A DNA stretch of 64,000 bases from Adineta vaga. Its lineage: Eukaryota; Animalia; Rotifera. The notes under the pieces were generated by a model, which had not been told where the DNA came from, did not search any database, and was given only the letters and a program-made list of their open reading frames with translations. A program made the translations under genes and the position numbers. Positions 49,875 to 63,130 of the stretch are shown here, piece by piece. Location: NCBI GenBank assembly GCA_021613535.1, contig CP075497.1:8804001-8868000 (forward strand). Direction: 5' to 3'. Position 1 is the first letter of the stretch; each line of letters starts with the position of its first letter.

Positions 49875-52475
49875 TTATGTGAATATCGTAAATAAGAGAA
49901 AAACACTGTTCATTATAAAGAGAATGAGAAACTGTTCATAGTTTGATTTAAATATCGATCCTGAATTTCCAGATAAACTACCAGAAATTAATGTAAAATT
50001 AGCTGATAAACTACCAACGGCAACTTGGAAAACACCAGTTTCAGTTTGACGCGTTAGATCAATGCCAATAAATGATAAATCTTGACGATTCAAAGTAAAT
50101 TGAATTTGTTTTTGTTCACCAGCTGAAAATGATAATTTTGTATAACCTTTTAATTCTTTATTTGGTGGTGTTACTGTTCGATAAATATCAGATACATATA
50201 AAAGTATTGTATGATCACCTGTTTTTGTACCACTATTACGTACAGTCAAAGTTATATTCAATTGATCATCCCAACTCATCGTTGATGGTACATTTAAATT
50301 TGAATAATCAAATGTTGTATAACTTAAACCATGTCCAAATTCAAATTCAACATCAAGAGAATTACCTATTTTAACTTCAGTCCATTTATAATCATATGTC
50401 GATAGATGATGATTATATTTTGGATACGTTATTGGTAATCGTCCACTCGGATTATAATCACCAAATAAAATATCAACTAATGCTTGACCTCTATAAAATA
50501 TAGAAAAAAATCTTAGATTAAAGTTTTAGAAATTTTCATTTAACATACCCTTCCATACCAGGTAAATACATCATGAGAATAGCAGATGATAAGTCAACAA
50601 TTCGACGAATAATTCTTGGTCGTCCTTCAACAAGTACTGTAATGATGGGTATTTGTGTACGATTTCGAATTTTTTCAACTAATTGTAATTGAGCTTCATC
50701 TAATGTTAAATCATTTATATTTCCCGGTGTTTCTGTATAAGCTTGTTCGCCAAGACATACTAATATATAACTTGCATCTTGTGCAGCATTTAATAAAGAA
50801 TCAATATCAAATAATTGATTGAATGTTGAACTATTATAATAATCAATTCTTGCTGAACTTAAACGTTTTCGGAATGATTCTAAAATAGTTTTAGATGTTA
50901 AGTTTTGTGGATAAATTGATTGATCGTTTCCTTGCCATGTATAAGACCAGCCACCGTTAAGTGATGTTAAAACATTGGATGTTGGACCGGTAATGACTAA
51001 TTTCTTACTTTCACTAATTTTATTATTATCCAAAGGTAAAACATTATCTTTATTTTTCAATAAAGTTATACCTTCATGTGCTGCACGAAGATTAGTTTCA
51101 TCATACTCTGGCTTGTGAAATGTATTGATAGCTGAACTATCTGGCCAAGCAATATTTCCATCGAATAAACCTTTAAAAAGATCGATGATCAAAGAAAGGT
51201 TTATAAAATCAATTCAATTACCTAATGCATATTTAACACGAAGAATACGACGTACAGCATCATCCAAACGTGATCTTGGTATTGAACCATCTTTGATACA
51301 TTCAAGTGTTAAATTATAAAATGTATAATCAAATGGAACCATGCTCATATCAATACCAGCCATTACTGCTTGACGAACAGCTTCTTTAGGTGTGTCAGCA
51401 GTTTGTTCACGTTCATGAAGACGTTTAATATCTTCCTAGAAAAAATGAAAAAAATAACTTCTTTTGAATTTGAATTCAATTTTTAAATATATGTACCCAA
51501 TCGGAAACGGTAAAACCTTGAAATTGATATTTTTCTTTGAGAATTTCAGTTAGTAAATGATAATTTGCATGACCAGGAATACCATTTACTTCACCAGAAT
51601 TAACCATTACAGAAACGGCACCAGCACGAACACTTTCTTCAAATGGTGGTAAAAAATATTCTAGCATATGCCGATCATCGATCCATGCAGGTGTTCGATC
51701 CTTTCCTGATAACGGTAATCCATAACCAACATAATGTTTTAAACAAGCAGCAACATTTTCACGTGATGTTAAATCATCTCCTTGCATGCCTTCTGTATAT
51801 GCTCGACCCATATCTTTAACAAGTTTGACATCTTCACCATATGTTTCCCACAATCGTGACCATAATTTTTGACGACTAAAACATTGTCAAAATATTTTAA
51901 AATAACATCATTATCGAGATGTAATAATAAACTTACCCAATATCAACTTGTGGATGAAAACTCCATGGAATTCCTGCAGCTCGTGTTTGATGTGCGACGA
52001 TTTTACCGAGTTGACGAGCTAAATCTGTATTAAATGTTGCTGCTAAACCAGTTGCTTGAGGAAATAGAACAGCATTTCGAACGTAACTAGCACCATGAAT
52101 TGAATCAATACCATAGAGTACTGGAACACTTAAGCGACTTTTATTAGCTACATCTTGAATTTGACGTATGATATTATGCCATTGATTAAGTTCATATGCA
52201 CCTGTTTCAGCAACATTTAAAATAGAACCAACTTTAAATTGATTTATCGCTATATCTAATTTCACAGGATCAACTTCGATTAGATTCCATGGTTTACTTG
52301 CATCTTTTAGTATCAAATTTATAGTAATTTGTGTCATTTGACCAACTTTTTCTTCATCAGTCATGCGATCTAATAGATCGTTTACACGATTATCAAAACT
52401 CGATAATGATGGTGGAGCCGTAACAATAAGATGAATATTGTGAATTAAAATCAATAAGAATATGAATAAGTCCAT
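49875..52475 (-). CDS. GH3 beta-glucosidase (BglX-like) with signal peptide, Fn3-like domain and hydrophobic GPI-type tail; four introns (51876-51936, 51436-51496, 51171-51221, 50491-50548)
   Basis: EKVGQMTQ, YGIDSIHG, ETYGED, KHYVGY, VSDW|ED nucleophile, AGIDMSM, YTETPG, PSGRLPITYP, FGHGLSYT, KELKGY. Confidence 0.93.
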
Positions 52476-53915
52476 TTTATAAAGTCTAAAAATACAGAAA
52501 TGAAAGCTTCTTATATAGTTTCTTTGTATTTATATAGCTATGCAGTCGGTAGAAGATAATTTGACACACTTGATCATTATTTCTTATGCTAGTATCATAA
52601 TGTACTCTAACAAACTTCTGTAGACAAGTTCTCTATTGATCTAACATCTACTATATGATAAGACCGTGATAGAAACGAAGAAATACAAGTGATTATTGAC
52701 AAAAGATAAAAGTTCACGAAGTTTGATCTTTTCTTTTTCGATGCTCTGATAAGGCGAATATGAATATTATTTGTTTTCGCTTATGGATAAAGTTGATATT
52801 TACATTACCATGTATATTCTTTTATCCTCATAAGAGAATGTAAGGATTTAATCGTATTATAGGAGAAAACCTTCGGAACCTTTACTACGAAAAGAAAACT
52901 ATACTAAAAAACATATTAGGTTAAGATTAACAAACAATATATCAGATGTAGAGATCATCTTAAGTATATCAACCATAAAAGTACATATAACAAAAAGCTG
53001 TATTGTTTCGTAAGATCAAATAGGTAATATAATGATATCAATTGAAGTTATAAATCAATAAATGATACTTCAATGAACACATTTTATATACCCACATTAA
53101 GTTGAGATAATATTTATTTTTATGGTGATGTTTAAGAGTTGTTGAAGAAAGAATACACAATGAAGAGATATTTTATTATCCTATCATACATTCGTTAAAC
53201 ATCTAGTGACATGAATAATCACTTGTGATTACATTTAGATTCTGTTATCCAGTGTTTTGAGTAACAATACTTTAACGAAGTAGAATTGCGATATTAAGTG
53301 GCAATCACTTATCTTAAACACAAAGACAGCTTAGACCGTGTTGCTCATCTGATTTTAATTATAAAAATAACTGAACACTATTCTCTCTCTAGGCATATTC
53401 GAATGAGACAAAAACATCGAAGAGGAATTTCAATGCTAACGAGTTGTCGGTAAGAAAAAAGATTAAGAGATATATACGAATCGAGGAAACGTTCGTACCT
53501 GAATAGTATAGAATATCTTTTTGAATAACGTTTTTAAACGAGCTATTCGTCGTGATATCCTCTTTTCGTCAATATATACATATACACGTGAGAATGTGAA
53601 TGACGATTAAATATAGACGTGGGTGTGAATGACGATGTGGGTAAGTGCGTTAATGTGGGGAATCCTACTTTACACACCCCTAGGCTCATATTAATGACAC
53701 TAGTTCAAAACTGATGCTATATACATTATAATCAGTATTTGGGAAATTAAAAAAATAAAAGTGATTTTTAAAACTTTTCATTTCTTTTTACGTATCTCCA
53801 AGGACGTTTGCTATATATGAATAAATGAATCAGAATATAAACAAAAAACTCGACTGAATTAAATCTATTGTGATGCAAAAAGGTAATTTTATTTTAAAAC
53901 AACTTAATTTTAATA

Positions 53916-54284
53916 ATGTATTCGAACAATTCCTCATTCGTCGTTGAAAGTTCACATAATGTACATGAGATTGTTGAATTAACTACAATCACATCTCCTA
54001 CTATTCATATAAGCTCACCTTCAGGCGATGATTTCTCACCAGTTATTAATGAATTTACAACTGAACGAGTTTGTTGTTTAATAAGCAAAAATCCAGAAAA
54101 TTATAAAGTGATTAGAAATACAAAGAATAATTTAACGCCTATATGTTGAAATCTCTTTGGTATTCGGACTAGAAAAATCCCTGGAACAGAAGAATTTGTT
54201 CTTAGTACGATATATGTGATCTGTATGCAAAGTCATGAGATGGGACAACTTTTTTCGTCCCGTCCCATCCCACGCGGAGCCCTG
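53916..54284 (+). mobile_element. Probable non-autonomous hAT-like DNA transposon remnant
   Basis: ORF reads ..NTKNNLTPIC*NLFGI..KIPG..YVICMQ through a TGA (likely ex-TGG), resembling a BED-finger/Hermes-like transposase N-terminus; abrupt GC-rich end gatgggac..gtcccgtcccatcccacgcggagccctg (reverse complement starts CAGGGCTCC). Confidence 0.45.
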
Positions 54285-54440
54285 CTATCTGGTGATCATA
54301 CAAATCTTTTTATGAAATAGATTCCTTTATTAGAATTATTTTTATTAGTAAAAATATTATTATGCCTTACATAAAATCAGTTTATGCTAATTAAACAAAA
54401 AATACATATGAAACAATTGAAGTAATATTATTCCGATTTG

Positions 54441-55584
54441 TTATTTATAATTTAACATAATAACAGCATCAGCAAATACTTGATCAGCAAAATCACAAAT
54501 AATAACATTAACACCATTGATCAATGATGGATCACGTTGACGATATGATATCCATTCAATTAATACTCTGTTCGTTTCTTTTGCATAGGCACAGAGTGAA
54601 CCAAATGGATTGCTTTGAATCGATGAACTATCTGGTGTAAGTTGACCTTGAACAATGTTAACACAATTTATTGGTCGAGATGTAGCAATTCTTTCATCAA
54701 GAAATAAAAAGAGATCTTCTACACGAGATGTATTTGGCCATGGTGATTGACAAACCTATATTTTCATTCAAAAAAAAACCTTTCCTTGACAAATTATCAG
54801 TTTCTTAGTTGATTTACTTGAAAAAAATGTCCAATACGATCCATATAAGCTGAACATTGATCTGCATTATGTTCATACAATAGAATAACTTGTTGTTTAT
54901 TCTTCCATAAATAATTCAATGTACATTCATTTATTGTTCGTGCTGTTGTACAAAGTTTTTTACCGAAAATTTCATGAATCAAACGAATCAACTGATCATG
55001 ACCATGTTCAGCATCAAAATCATAGAAATGATTGAAATCAATTAGAACAATTTCTTTCGAATGTTTATTCAAGAATTCATTAATTTCTTCAAGACCATCT
55101 CGAACTAAATGACCTAGTAAACCATGTGTAAATTGAAATGGCGATCGTGTACGTACATTTCTATCTTGTGTACGACAAACACGTAAATCAAAATAACGAA
55201 TACCGATTTGCAATTGTTCTAAACAGAATCAATTCAATGGAATCCATTCAGTTAGAACAAATTTTATTACCAGTAAAATTTTTATCTTGCGTTATACTCC
55301 AATTTTTAATTATTGGATAAATGAAAATACGAAGACGTCGTAAAGCAGGTACTAAATCAGGGCCAGGATGAAATGTGAGATGAAATGCAAATGAATCGTG
55401 TGTTCCTATCATATAAAAACAAAATCGATGAAAATGTTTGATATAACTGTAAAATTTATCTACCAGGTATTGCAAGTTTAGTGATAGGTTCATTATGAAG
55501 ATGTTCTGGTAAATGTCTCATCCATTCATTATGCTTTGAATGTATTACTGAATGAGAATGTGGCAAAGAACAACTACTGGCCAT
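54441..55584 (-). CDS. PLCXD: PI-PLC X domain-containing protein, four exons
   Basis: WM..LP..L...PITKLAIPG|THDS, WSITQ, QLQIGIRYFDLR, THGL, EIVLIDFNH, SPWPNT, QGQLTP, NVIICDF. Confidence 0.92.
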
Positions 55585-55709
55585 GATGATGTGATGTAAT
55601 GTGATCTGAATCGAAGAAATATTTATTAGAAACAAGAAGAACAATATTGAATAACAATGAAATGAGATTTTATTGTTTAAAAAAATAGATATATAAATAA
55701 TTTTTCACA

Positions 55710-58340
55710 TCAGATCTTTTTTTGATTCAGTTTCGGAGCGCTACGATCGTTGGTTTTGGTTTTTTTCAATTTTGAAACATTAAAATCACTTATGGAACTC
55801 AACAGTTCATTACGATCATCGTTAGTAACAACGGATGGTGAGGGTGAGGGTGATGATAATTGAGAAACAATACTTGGAGTATCAAGACTAGTTGTTGGTG
55901 AAGAGGATTGTTTTGTGTTTGGTGAAGGTAATGGATCGACAGTTATCGAACGTTGAAGATTTTCTAAAGAAAATAAGAAAAAGAAGTGAAAAGTTTTTTA
56001 AAACACAAAAATAAAATATTATTTTCCCTTCTACCAATATAGAGGCAATAGTTAGAAGCTGATTGATCAATCAAAAACGAAACATTCTTACCGACGGATA
56101 TCGAAGCATTAGTTAGCAACTTTTTGCTGCTATTTCAAAAGAAAAAAGTGTTTTCAGAATAATAACAATTAGAAATCCATATTGTATTCTATTCATTCTT
56201 TCTCTTGTCTTCATGAATTAAGCATATCGAGTTTTACTATGATCAATAACTTACTTGTTGCATCTGCCGAACTAAAACTACTTTCCATTTGTTTTTCAAG
56301 TGCTTTTGCCTGAAATAAAGGAAATGAGAAGAAGTATATTAACTTCTACTCAATCTTTGATAGATAATTACTTGTCTTTCTCGACGTCGTTTAAGTTTTT
56401 CTTCCGCTGACATGAGATGATTGGTAATTTTTGACTGACGTTGAGCTGACTTAATCTAAATAAATATTTCTTACAATACTTATATTCAATCAAAACTAGA
56501 AATCTTACTTTGATTTGATCGTTTGTTAATCTTTCTGCTGCTTTTCGACTAATACGTTCAAATACTTCTTTGGCTTTCGCTGACAATGTCATTTGAAATC
56601 GTTCGACACCATTCAGAAATGTCATTAGAAAAAGTCTAATCAAATCGTAACATCTTATTTGAATAAATAATTTCACTCTCATCTTACGATTCATTTAATA
56701 GTTGTTCAATTGTTGGTAAATCTCCGGATGAGATAAAAATTTTCGAAAGAATCTGTTGAACAGATGTAGGAATTATTTGTGGAAATTCTGTACATATATT
56801 CATCGGACATTCTTCACCGGTTGATAGTTCATATAATAAACGTCCAAACGAATAAGTATCACATTGTTCAAGTGTCTAAAAAGAAAGAAAACTTAATATC
56901 GATTCAAATGAGAATCTTATTTACTAACACGAATATGTTTCAAATCAGAAAAATAATGTCGATATTTCGATGATACACCTGTAATAACATTAGCTATATC
57001 AACGATTTTTATTGTTTGTGATTGTTCGAAATCAACAAGAATATTTCCTGAATGTAAATGTCCGTACATTAGATGATTGTCATATAAAAAATAAAGTGCT
57101 TCTAAAATCTGACGACCTATCATTTTTATTTGATTTAAATCACATCTTCTCGTAGTTGCTGTTGGACCATATCGACTCCAATAGACGCCTAAAGCTGGTC
57201 TTGTCTAGAATTTCACATACGAAAATCAATGTAAGAATATTCGTAAATGATCAATAATCTTACTCGATAAATATGATCTTTTAATGAACCTCGATTATAA
57301 AATCGATATACAGTCAATGTACCACTCTCATTGGCATAAACATCTTCAATTGGAGCAATTAATGGATGCTAAAATACAAGTTCTATCAAAATTTATTTTT
57401 CAATAACAAATAGATTCATACTGTAAGTGATTTAATCAATTTTAAACAATTTTCCGTAGCTTTTTCATTTAATGTTTTATCTAAACCATAATGACACTAG
57501 AAAAACAAAATTGCAGAGATGTAGAAGTTTAAGATCAAATGCAATGAATCTACCCAAATTAATAAATAACGTTCATGTGTAGGACGTCCAGTTTTTGTTG
57601 CAAGAAAATAGCTTTTATTATAACGCCATCCTGTAATTAGGTAAACAGGAATAAGTTTAAGTAGAAAAAAAAGACAATCATCTTACCAAAATCTTGTAGA
57701 GTATCAATTATTTGATAAACATTAGTCAACGAACGAACGAACATTGATACATGTTGTAATGCTGATTCTAAAAATGGCGAAATCTTGTTGAGAAGAAAAC
57801 AAGGAATTCTTTTCGCAAAACTTACCAGGATAATTCGTTAAATGATTATTTGGATCAAGAAAACGATGAACAGCTAATGAATTACATAGTTCGATATGTT
57901 GAACAAGTATATTGAGATATGCCTAAAATTGATAATATATGTTTTTGAAAACAAAACAAATTTATATGTATACGTACTTGAAGACCTTTCTGTCTCTCAA
58001 CCATAAATATTGGATTCGTATTACCCAAGAATTTTTTCTTTGGTAATTCGAAATTATATCCGTAATCTTTTAATAAATTATCTAACTCAACAAATTCTCG
58101 AAAACGTTTAATTGTAATCCATGAAAATGATGGATCATTTGAGATACGTGAAACTCGTATAGAATATTCCTGAAAAATCGTTGATAAAAATATATTTATT
58201 CCTGAAGATAAATAGAGTTTATTATTTACTCCATGTCCATTTATAACATAAGAACTTTCGATAACACATGCCATCGGAAGTATAGGATCGACTGGTGATA
58301 GTGCATCAGTAGTCTTTTGGGGAACTATTAAACGAGCCAT
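55710..58340 (-). CDS. PXK: PX domain-containing kinase-like protein with C-terminal WH2, multi-exon
   Basis: PX (KRFREF..L, LPKKKFLGN, ERQKGLQ); pseudokinase (GWRYNK, GSLKD.IY, GRQILEAL, YGHLHSGN); WH2 DRNELLSSISDF....LKKTKTNDRSAP. Confidence 0.92.
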
Positions 58341-58736
58341 TTTTTGTTATGTCTACACCATTGATCTAAAAAGTCAAATATATGTGTATAAAACATATGT
58401 TACAGTATTGTCTTATATTTATTCTGTTAAAAGTATCAATAGAGTTGTGAAGATAAAGCTAAGCATGCCAAATATTTTATGTTCTAATTAAGTCTTGGAG
58501 AAGTAAAAAAAGAATGCGGAAAAAAACTGGAAGAATTTGTTATCTTCCTGCGATGGGAATATGTACGAAAAATATGTTTATCATCCATCTACTATGTTAC
58601 TATTTAACGAATACATCAAATCCACAAGGGATTCAATAAGTTATTATACATGAAATGTTCTTCTACAAATAAAACCCGCTCTATATTTATCATTATATTT
58701 TTCTTTATTGTATACATATATTTATCGATTTCTTTT

Positions 58737-59562
58737 ATGAATCCATTACGAGACAAATTTCGAAAGAGTCCATTTGTTTGGTTTAACAATAATTACCGAT
58801 CAGAAATGGATCATCAAAAGCTTTACCGAAGTCGCAGTAAGATAAGTTATAAACAAGACTCGTCAAGTGAAATCCAAGGAAAACAAAACACAATTGACAA
58901 TATGTCTATGAAAAACAATGGAGAAACGCCTAAAACAAAACGATTGTTTTCTTAAATTTGGTATTATTTCGTCAGGTGAAAATAGAAATCAACAGATAAA
59001 TGAAAAAGTTGAAACGCAAAAAGCGTCATCAGAAGAAAATGAGAACGAACAAGATCAACCTACAGATTTAGTGGAAGAAATTGATGCCATAATAGCACTT
59101 ATTATTTATGATACTTATTCGAAAAAACATGAATTTACTTCTAGCGCTCAACATCGAGTAAGTGGCTTTGAGAAAAGAAAGAAAGCAATTCTATTAATAC
59201 ATTCTGTATATATGTAGGCTAAGACTATCAGATATTCAAAAAATATTCGTGATGATATCGATCGATTTGATGCTTTATATTCCTGTTTAGTCGAACAGGA
59301 AATATCATCAAAACATGATGTTGGAAATAATGTTTTGAAGAAAACTAATCTTTTGAGTAAGAATTTACGCAATCGATTTTTTACTTTATCTGATATACAT
59401 AAATTGAAAAACTTTCAAGAAAAAGAACGATCACGTATTTATGAGGAGAGAAAGAAAAATTTTAATCGAGTACCATTTATTCCAAATATTCTATCATATC
59501 AACGAACATGTCCTCATTATAAACTTGAAGAAATGAAATGGATTCGAGATCATTTTTGTTAA
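58737..59562 (+). CDS. Hypothetical protein, probably three exons (58737-58836, 58976-59157, 59218-59562)
   Basis: Canonical GT-AG introns join three open frames in phase; no family recognised. Confidence 0.55.
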
Positions 59563-59689
59563 AATAGATAAGATTCTATATTTCTTCACGTTGTCTAAGT
59601 AACCATTAGAAAAAAATAAAATTCTAATTTATTAATCCTTAATAAAAATTTTTCACTTCTTCTTCTTCTTCTTTAAAATCGAGTTTGTA

Positions 59690-60244
59690 ATGGTCGAACG
59701 AACAAGAGCAAGTGAGCAGCCACGACTAGACAATAGCAAAAACATAAAAGAAATATATCCTAATATAAATACTCCATCCACTTCGTCTGATGAACAAAAA
59801 AGTCCACTAAAACGTCTTTCAACTAATTCTAAGTCACAGAAAAAGAATCGTCTAACACAAATATTTTTTCCTACACGTTCACGTATTAAACTTCATCAAT
59901 CTCAACTATCGACAAATAAACAAACAAGTCCACCTTTAAATGAACAAGTAGCAAGATTAAATCAACGAGCTGTTGACGTTCGAACTGGTATTGAACATAG
60001 TATTTCATCATTACATACTCAACGTTTGCAACATTTAACTGCATTAAATCAGAAAACACGAGATCTTGAAAAGGCTGCCGCTGCATTTGAATATTCGTCA
60101 TCAAAACATCTTAAACAAGAACTTGATAAAACAAAAAAATTATCATACATGTTTAAAATAGCTATTATTCTATGTCTAAGTCTATTTTCTTTTATAATAG
60201 GTTATATGATTATTCAACTAATGCGTGATAAAAGACTAGTATAA
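59690..60244 (+). CDS. Divergent synaptobrevin/VAMP-like R-SNARE, tail-anchored; intronless
   Basis: QRLQHLTALNQKTRDLEKAAAAFE parallels the ER..KL..L..R...L...A..FE SNARE motif; basic linker followed by a C-terminal TM helix. Confidence 0.7.
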   Translation: MVERTRASEQPRLDNSKNIKEIYPNINTPSTSSDEQKSPLKRLSTNSKSQKKNRLTQIFFPTRSRIKLHQSQLSTNKQTSPPLNEQVARLNQRAVDVRTGIEHSISSLHTQRLQHLTALNQKTRDLEKAAAAFEYSSSKHLKQELDKTKKLSYMFKIAIILCLSLFSFIIGYMIIQLMRDKRLV

Positions 60245-61081
60245 TTCATTAATATAATTATTTTTTCGTCAGATAAAAGAACTTATACGATTACTTAACC
60301 GTTATCTAATATCACTAAAATCAGTTCTTAAACTTCAATTATAGTTAGTTCTATAGATTGAATATATAAAACAATTGATAAGGGTTTAGAGATTAATAAG
60401 ATACTATCTAAGTGAATAAAAATGATTATTTCTTTTTTATATGGGAAATAATGGTCTACGTCTTTCATAACTTCTTTCTTAAGAAAACAATCAAACAAAT
60501 AAAAAGATATAGATCATTTCTTGGAATATGTATATTTAAGGATAAATATAATAAGACAAATTCGCTTGTATACACACACGCGCATAATTGAACAGAAAAA
60601 ATGTACATCACACAAACAATAGAGACACACAAAAAAAAGATGCTTGTTTTTTTTCTTGTAGAGAAGGTTAAACCACATATTAATAATTTGTTTTTGGAAG
60701 ACTCGTCGCACATAATATTCCTTTTTCAGCTTCGTTTTTCTGGGAAATGTTCGAAGAACAATACAATAAGGAAAACGTTAGCAAATAAAATGTAAATACG
60801 AACAAAAGTGTAAGCAGATTCCACGACGAGGTTCTTCATTTTTTCTTTTTGTACTGTTTTTTGCCCTTACGTACGTACAAGAATATTCTACATTGTAAAA
60901 AAAAAGGGGAGAGGTTGGGAAATATTTCCTCATTCAATGAATTCATACTGAGACAAAAGAAGAAGTAAGAACACAAACTAAGTAAACAGAATGAGATTTT
61001 CCTTATCAGAATGTTTTCTTTTTAAATTTGTATATGCATGTATGTATATATGATTGTATGTTTACAGATGTTCTTGCAATA

Positions 61082-61261
61082 TTAGCCCATACCAGTATAA
61101 TTATTATAATCATCATTATTCGAATTATTAGGCGTTTTATCAAACTTTTTTACTTCTTCTTGCATTGATTCTTTTAGTTTCAATATAGCATTCGTATCAT
61201 TTGTTTGATCTTCATTATAATTAAAATTAGCTACATCCGATGATGGGGGTGGTGCTTGCTG

Positions 61262-61292
<31 letters not shown>

Positions 61293-63130
61293 TGTTGTTG
61301 TTGTTGTTGACCAGGTGATTGCTTCATTTGTTGATCATAATCACCTACAAAAATCAATTATTTTGATTCGTTGATATTTTTGGTCAAATACATACCATTT
61401 ATTGGACCATGATGTGATATATCAGGTGGCATCGATGGCATGTGAGGTAAGTGTGGATCATACTATAGAAATAAAAATATTTCGAGATATTTTAATGGAA
61501 AAATAAATTTGTCTTGTACCATTGGACTGGGTCCTGGTGGCATTCCTCCAGGCATAGGTCTCATGCCATAAGGTGTCATTTCTCCACCATTTGCATCTTG
61601 AGGACTTGGCATCATTGGTGTTGTAGGTGCATGGCCAGTAGGACAGGGAGTCTAAATCACAATTAAAATAGATAAAATCTTCATTTTAAATCTCTTAGAA
61701 AACAAGTGTAGAAAACGATAAAGTAATATTTTAACTAATAAACGAAGATTATATAGAAGTACGAATGATAGCAGCACGATAGAAGGAAAAGTCTTAAATA
61801 CTTACACCATAAGGAGCAGGCGACGAAGAAGAATAACCACCAACCTATATAAAAACACATAATTAAACAATAAACATTTAATTAGAATGATTTACTCCTG
61901 GTGAATTTGTCATATACATTCTTGGACCAGTTTGATTCATTGATGGTGACATCGATGGTGGCATACCTTGAGGTCGATATGCATTAGGAGGTGGTGGTCC
62001 ACCTGGACCGGGATGACTCATCGAATTTGGTGGTAATCGAGCGCCTGGTGATGTCATCCGTAGACCTAAATTTTCGAAAGAAATAATGTTTTATTTTAAT
62101 AGCACAGTGCGACGAATTTTTACCATTTCGACCGACATCCATTTGTGGTGGCATCAAAGGTCCACCATTTGGTCCACCCTAAATAGAGAAAAAATAGAAT
62201 AATATTGTTTAAATTTGACATCTTCATTTCATACTGGATAGTCTGGTTGAGAAGGCATACGAACAAGTGATCGTGGAGGTGCATTTGGATAGCGAGGATA
62301 CTAGAAAAAGATGCGTTTCTTCTAAGTAAAATAAAAAGCTATTTGATTTGTTTACTTGATTCATCATTTGTTGACCTGATGGCTAAATAAATGAATAAGA
62401 TTTACTTTATTTTCGAAAGAAAAATAATGACTTTCTTACTGGAAAAAAAGGAACGCCTGGATTATGCATTCCTTCATTGACATTCATTGGCATTGGTGGT
62501 GGAGCATTTGGATTTAGATTTGGCTAAAATTAATAAAAAAGAGAATTTATGAAATACATATTAGATGGCATAGTTTCCTACTTGAGGAGGAATACCATTA
62601 GGAGCATAATTGGAATTAATAAAACCCTTTAAAAAAAGTAATGTTTCAATGTAATTGTTTGAAAAACAAACAAAAGAAATCTTACATAATCATGAAATGC
62701 TTTTGCTTCTTCGGAATGAGGATGTTGATCTCGACGTTCCGGTGCTGCACTGTACAAATCCCAAAAGACACTAAAATAAAAATGATTATCTCAAAGGGAA
62801 TGTTTCTCATTTCATCATACTTACCACCACCAACTAAATAAAAATCCTGGTGCTTCGCCGAGTGACATTTTATTCGGTTCCCATTTCATCTATTATATTT
62901 TTTTTCAAAATAAATTTTCAATCACTTCACAAAGATAAAACTTACATCCGCACAAAATCCCTGAGCTGCTTTCAATGCACCAATATGGTACAAATATTCG
63001 TAAACATATAGATTCAATCTAAATGAACAATTATATTTTAGAAAAAGAAAACAATAACTATTTGAAAGTTTCACTTTTCTTTTGCATGCATATCCGATGG
63101 TGCACTAACACCCTTGTTTTTTCCGTACAT
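61082..63130 (-). CDS. SSBP3: Single-stranded DNA-binding protein SSBP2/3/4 (Ssdp)-like, LisH/LUFS domain, multi-exon
   Basis: [19 protein letters not shown]|[17 protein letters not shown]|[25 protein letters not shown]; Pro/Gly/Met-rich middle; [12 protein letters not shown]. Confidence 0.92.
61256..61309 (-). repeat. CAA/CAG repeat encoding 18 Gln in the SSBP-like gene
   Basis: Direct reading of the ttg/ctg run on the plus strand. Confidence 0.9.

Noticed and set aside
58921-58975. Possible non-canonical GA-AG intron of typical size (55 nt)
   Set aside because: A canonical in-phase GTAAGA donor at 58837 explains the frame change.
60465-60795. ORFs downstream of the SSBP-like gene
   Set aside because: Low-complexity 3'UTR-like sequence.
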